Source of the DNA: an uncultured virus (IMG/VR IMGVR_UViG_3300025872_000049)
Lineage: Duplodnaviria > Heunggongvirae > Uroviricota > Caudoviricetes
Reading direction: 5' to 3' (one strand)
Length of the DNA stretch: 20,000 nucleotides
IMG/VR virus record: IMGVR_UViG_3300025872_000049
In this document: positions 16,299 to 20,000 of the stretch, piece by piece
Layout: each line of letters begins with the position of its first letter
Position numbering within the stretch: the first letter of the stretch is position 1
Translations under genes and position numbers: made by a program
Notes under the pieces: model-generated
The model's database searches: none
Told to the model about the DNA's origin: nothing
Seen by the model: the letters and a program-made list of their open reading frames with translations, nothing else

Positions 16299-20000
<3,702 letters not shown>

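Overview
This window is a contiguous, all-plus-strand virion tail module of a contractile-tailed (myovirus-type) bacteriophage. Gene order is: end of a neck/virion-morphogenesis gene, tail terminator, sheath, tube, tail assembly chaperone with an uncalled -1-frame extension (gpG/gpGT-type), and a 1229-aa tape measure protein ending in an M15/LAS-type zinc-peptidase motif. Then come the tube initiator, a hub with a ~300-aa C-terminal extension, a minimal OB-fold-only spike, and gp25-, gpJ- and gpI-like wedge proteins. A two-gene cassette (acidic protein plus holin-like protein) with its own apparent promoter and terminator follows, then a fibre module. The window ends inside a collagen-like fibre gene of at least 1219 aa (16344 to beyond 20000) that the ORF track missed because it has no stop in the window. 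An actinobacterial host is inferred, not shown, from leaderless-type extended -10 motifs and the TMP peptidase. The most notable non-coding signals are twin UUGAGG-loop hairpins over the ribosome-binding site of the fibre gene, a repeated ATAGTGGYARAAT-N6-start motif, a long inverted repeat over the sheath promoter, and a non-canonical frameshift site. All protein calls come from motif recognition and synteny by eye; no database searches were run.
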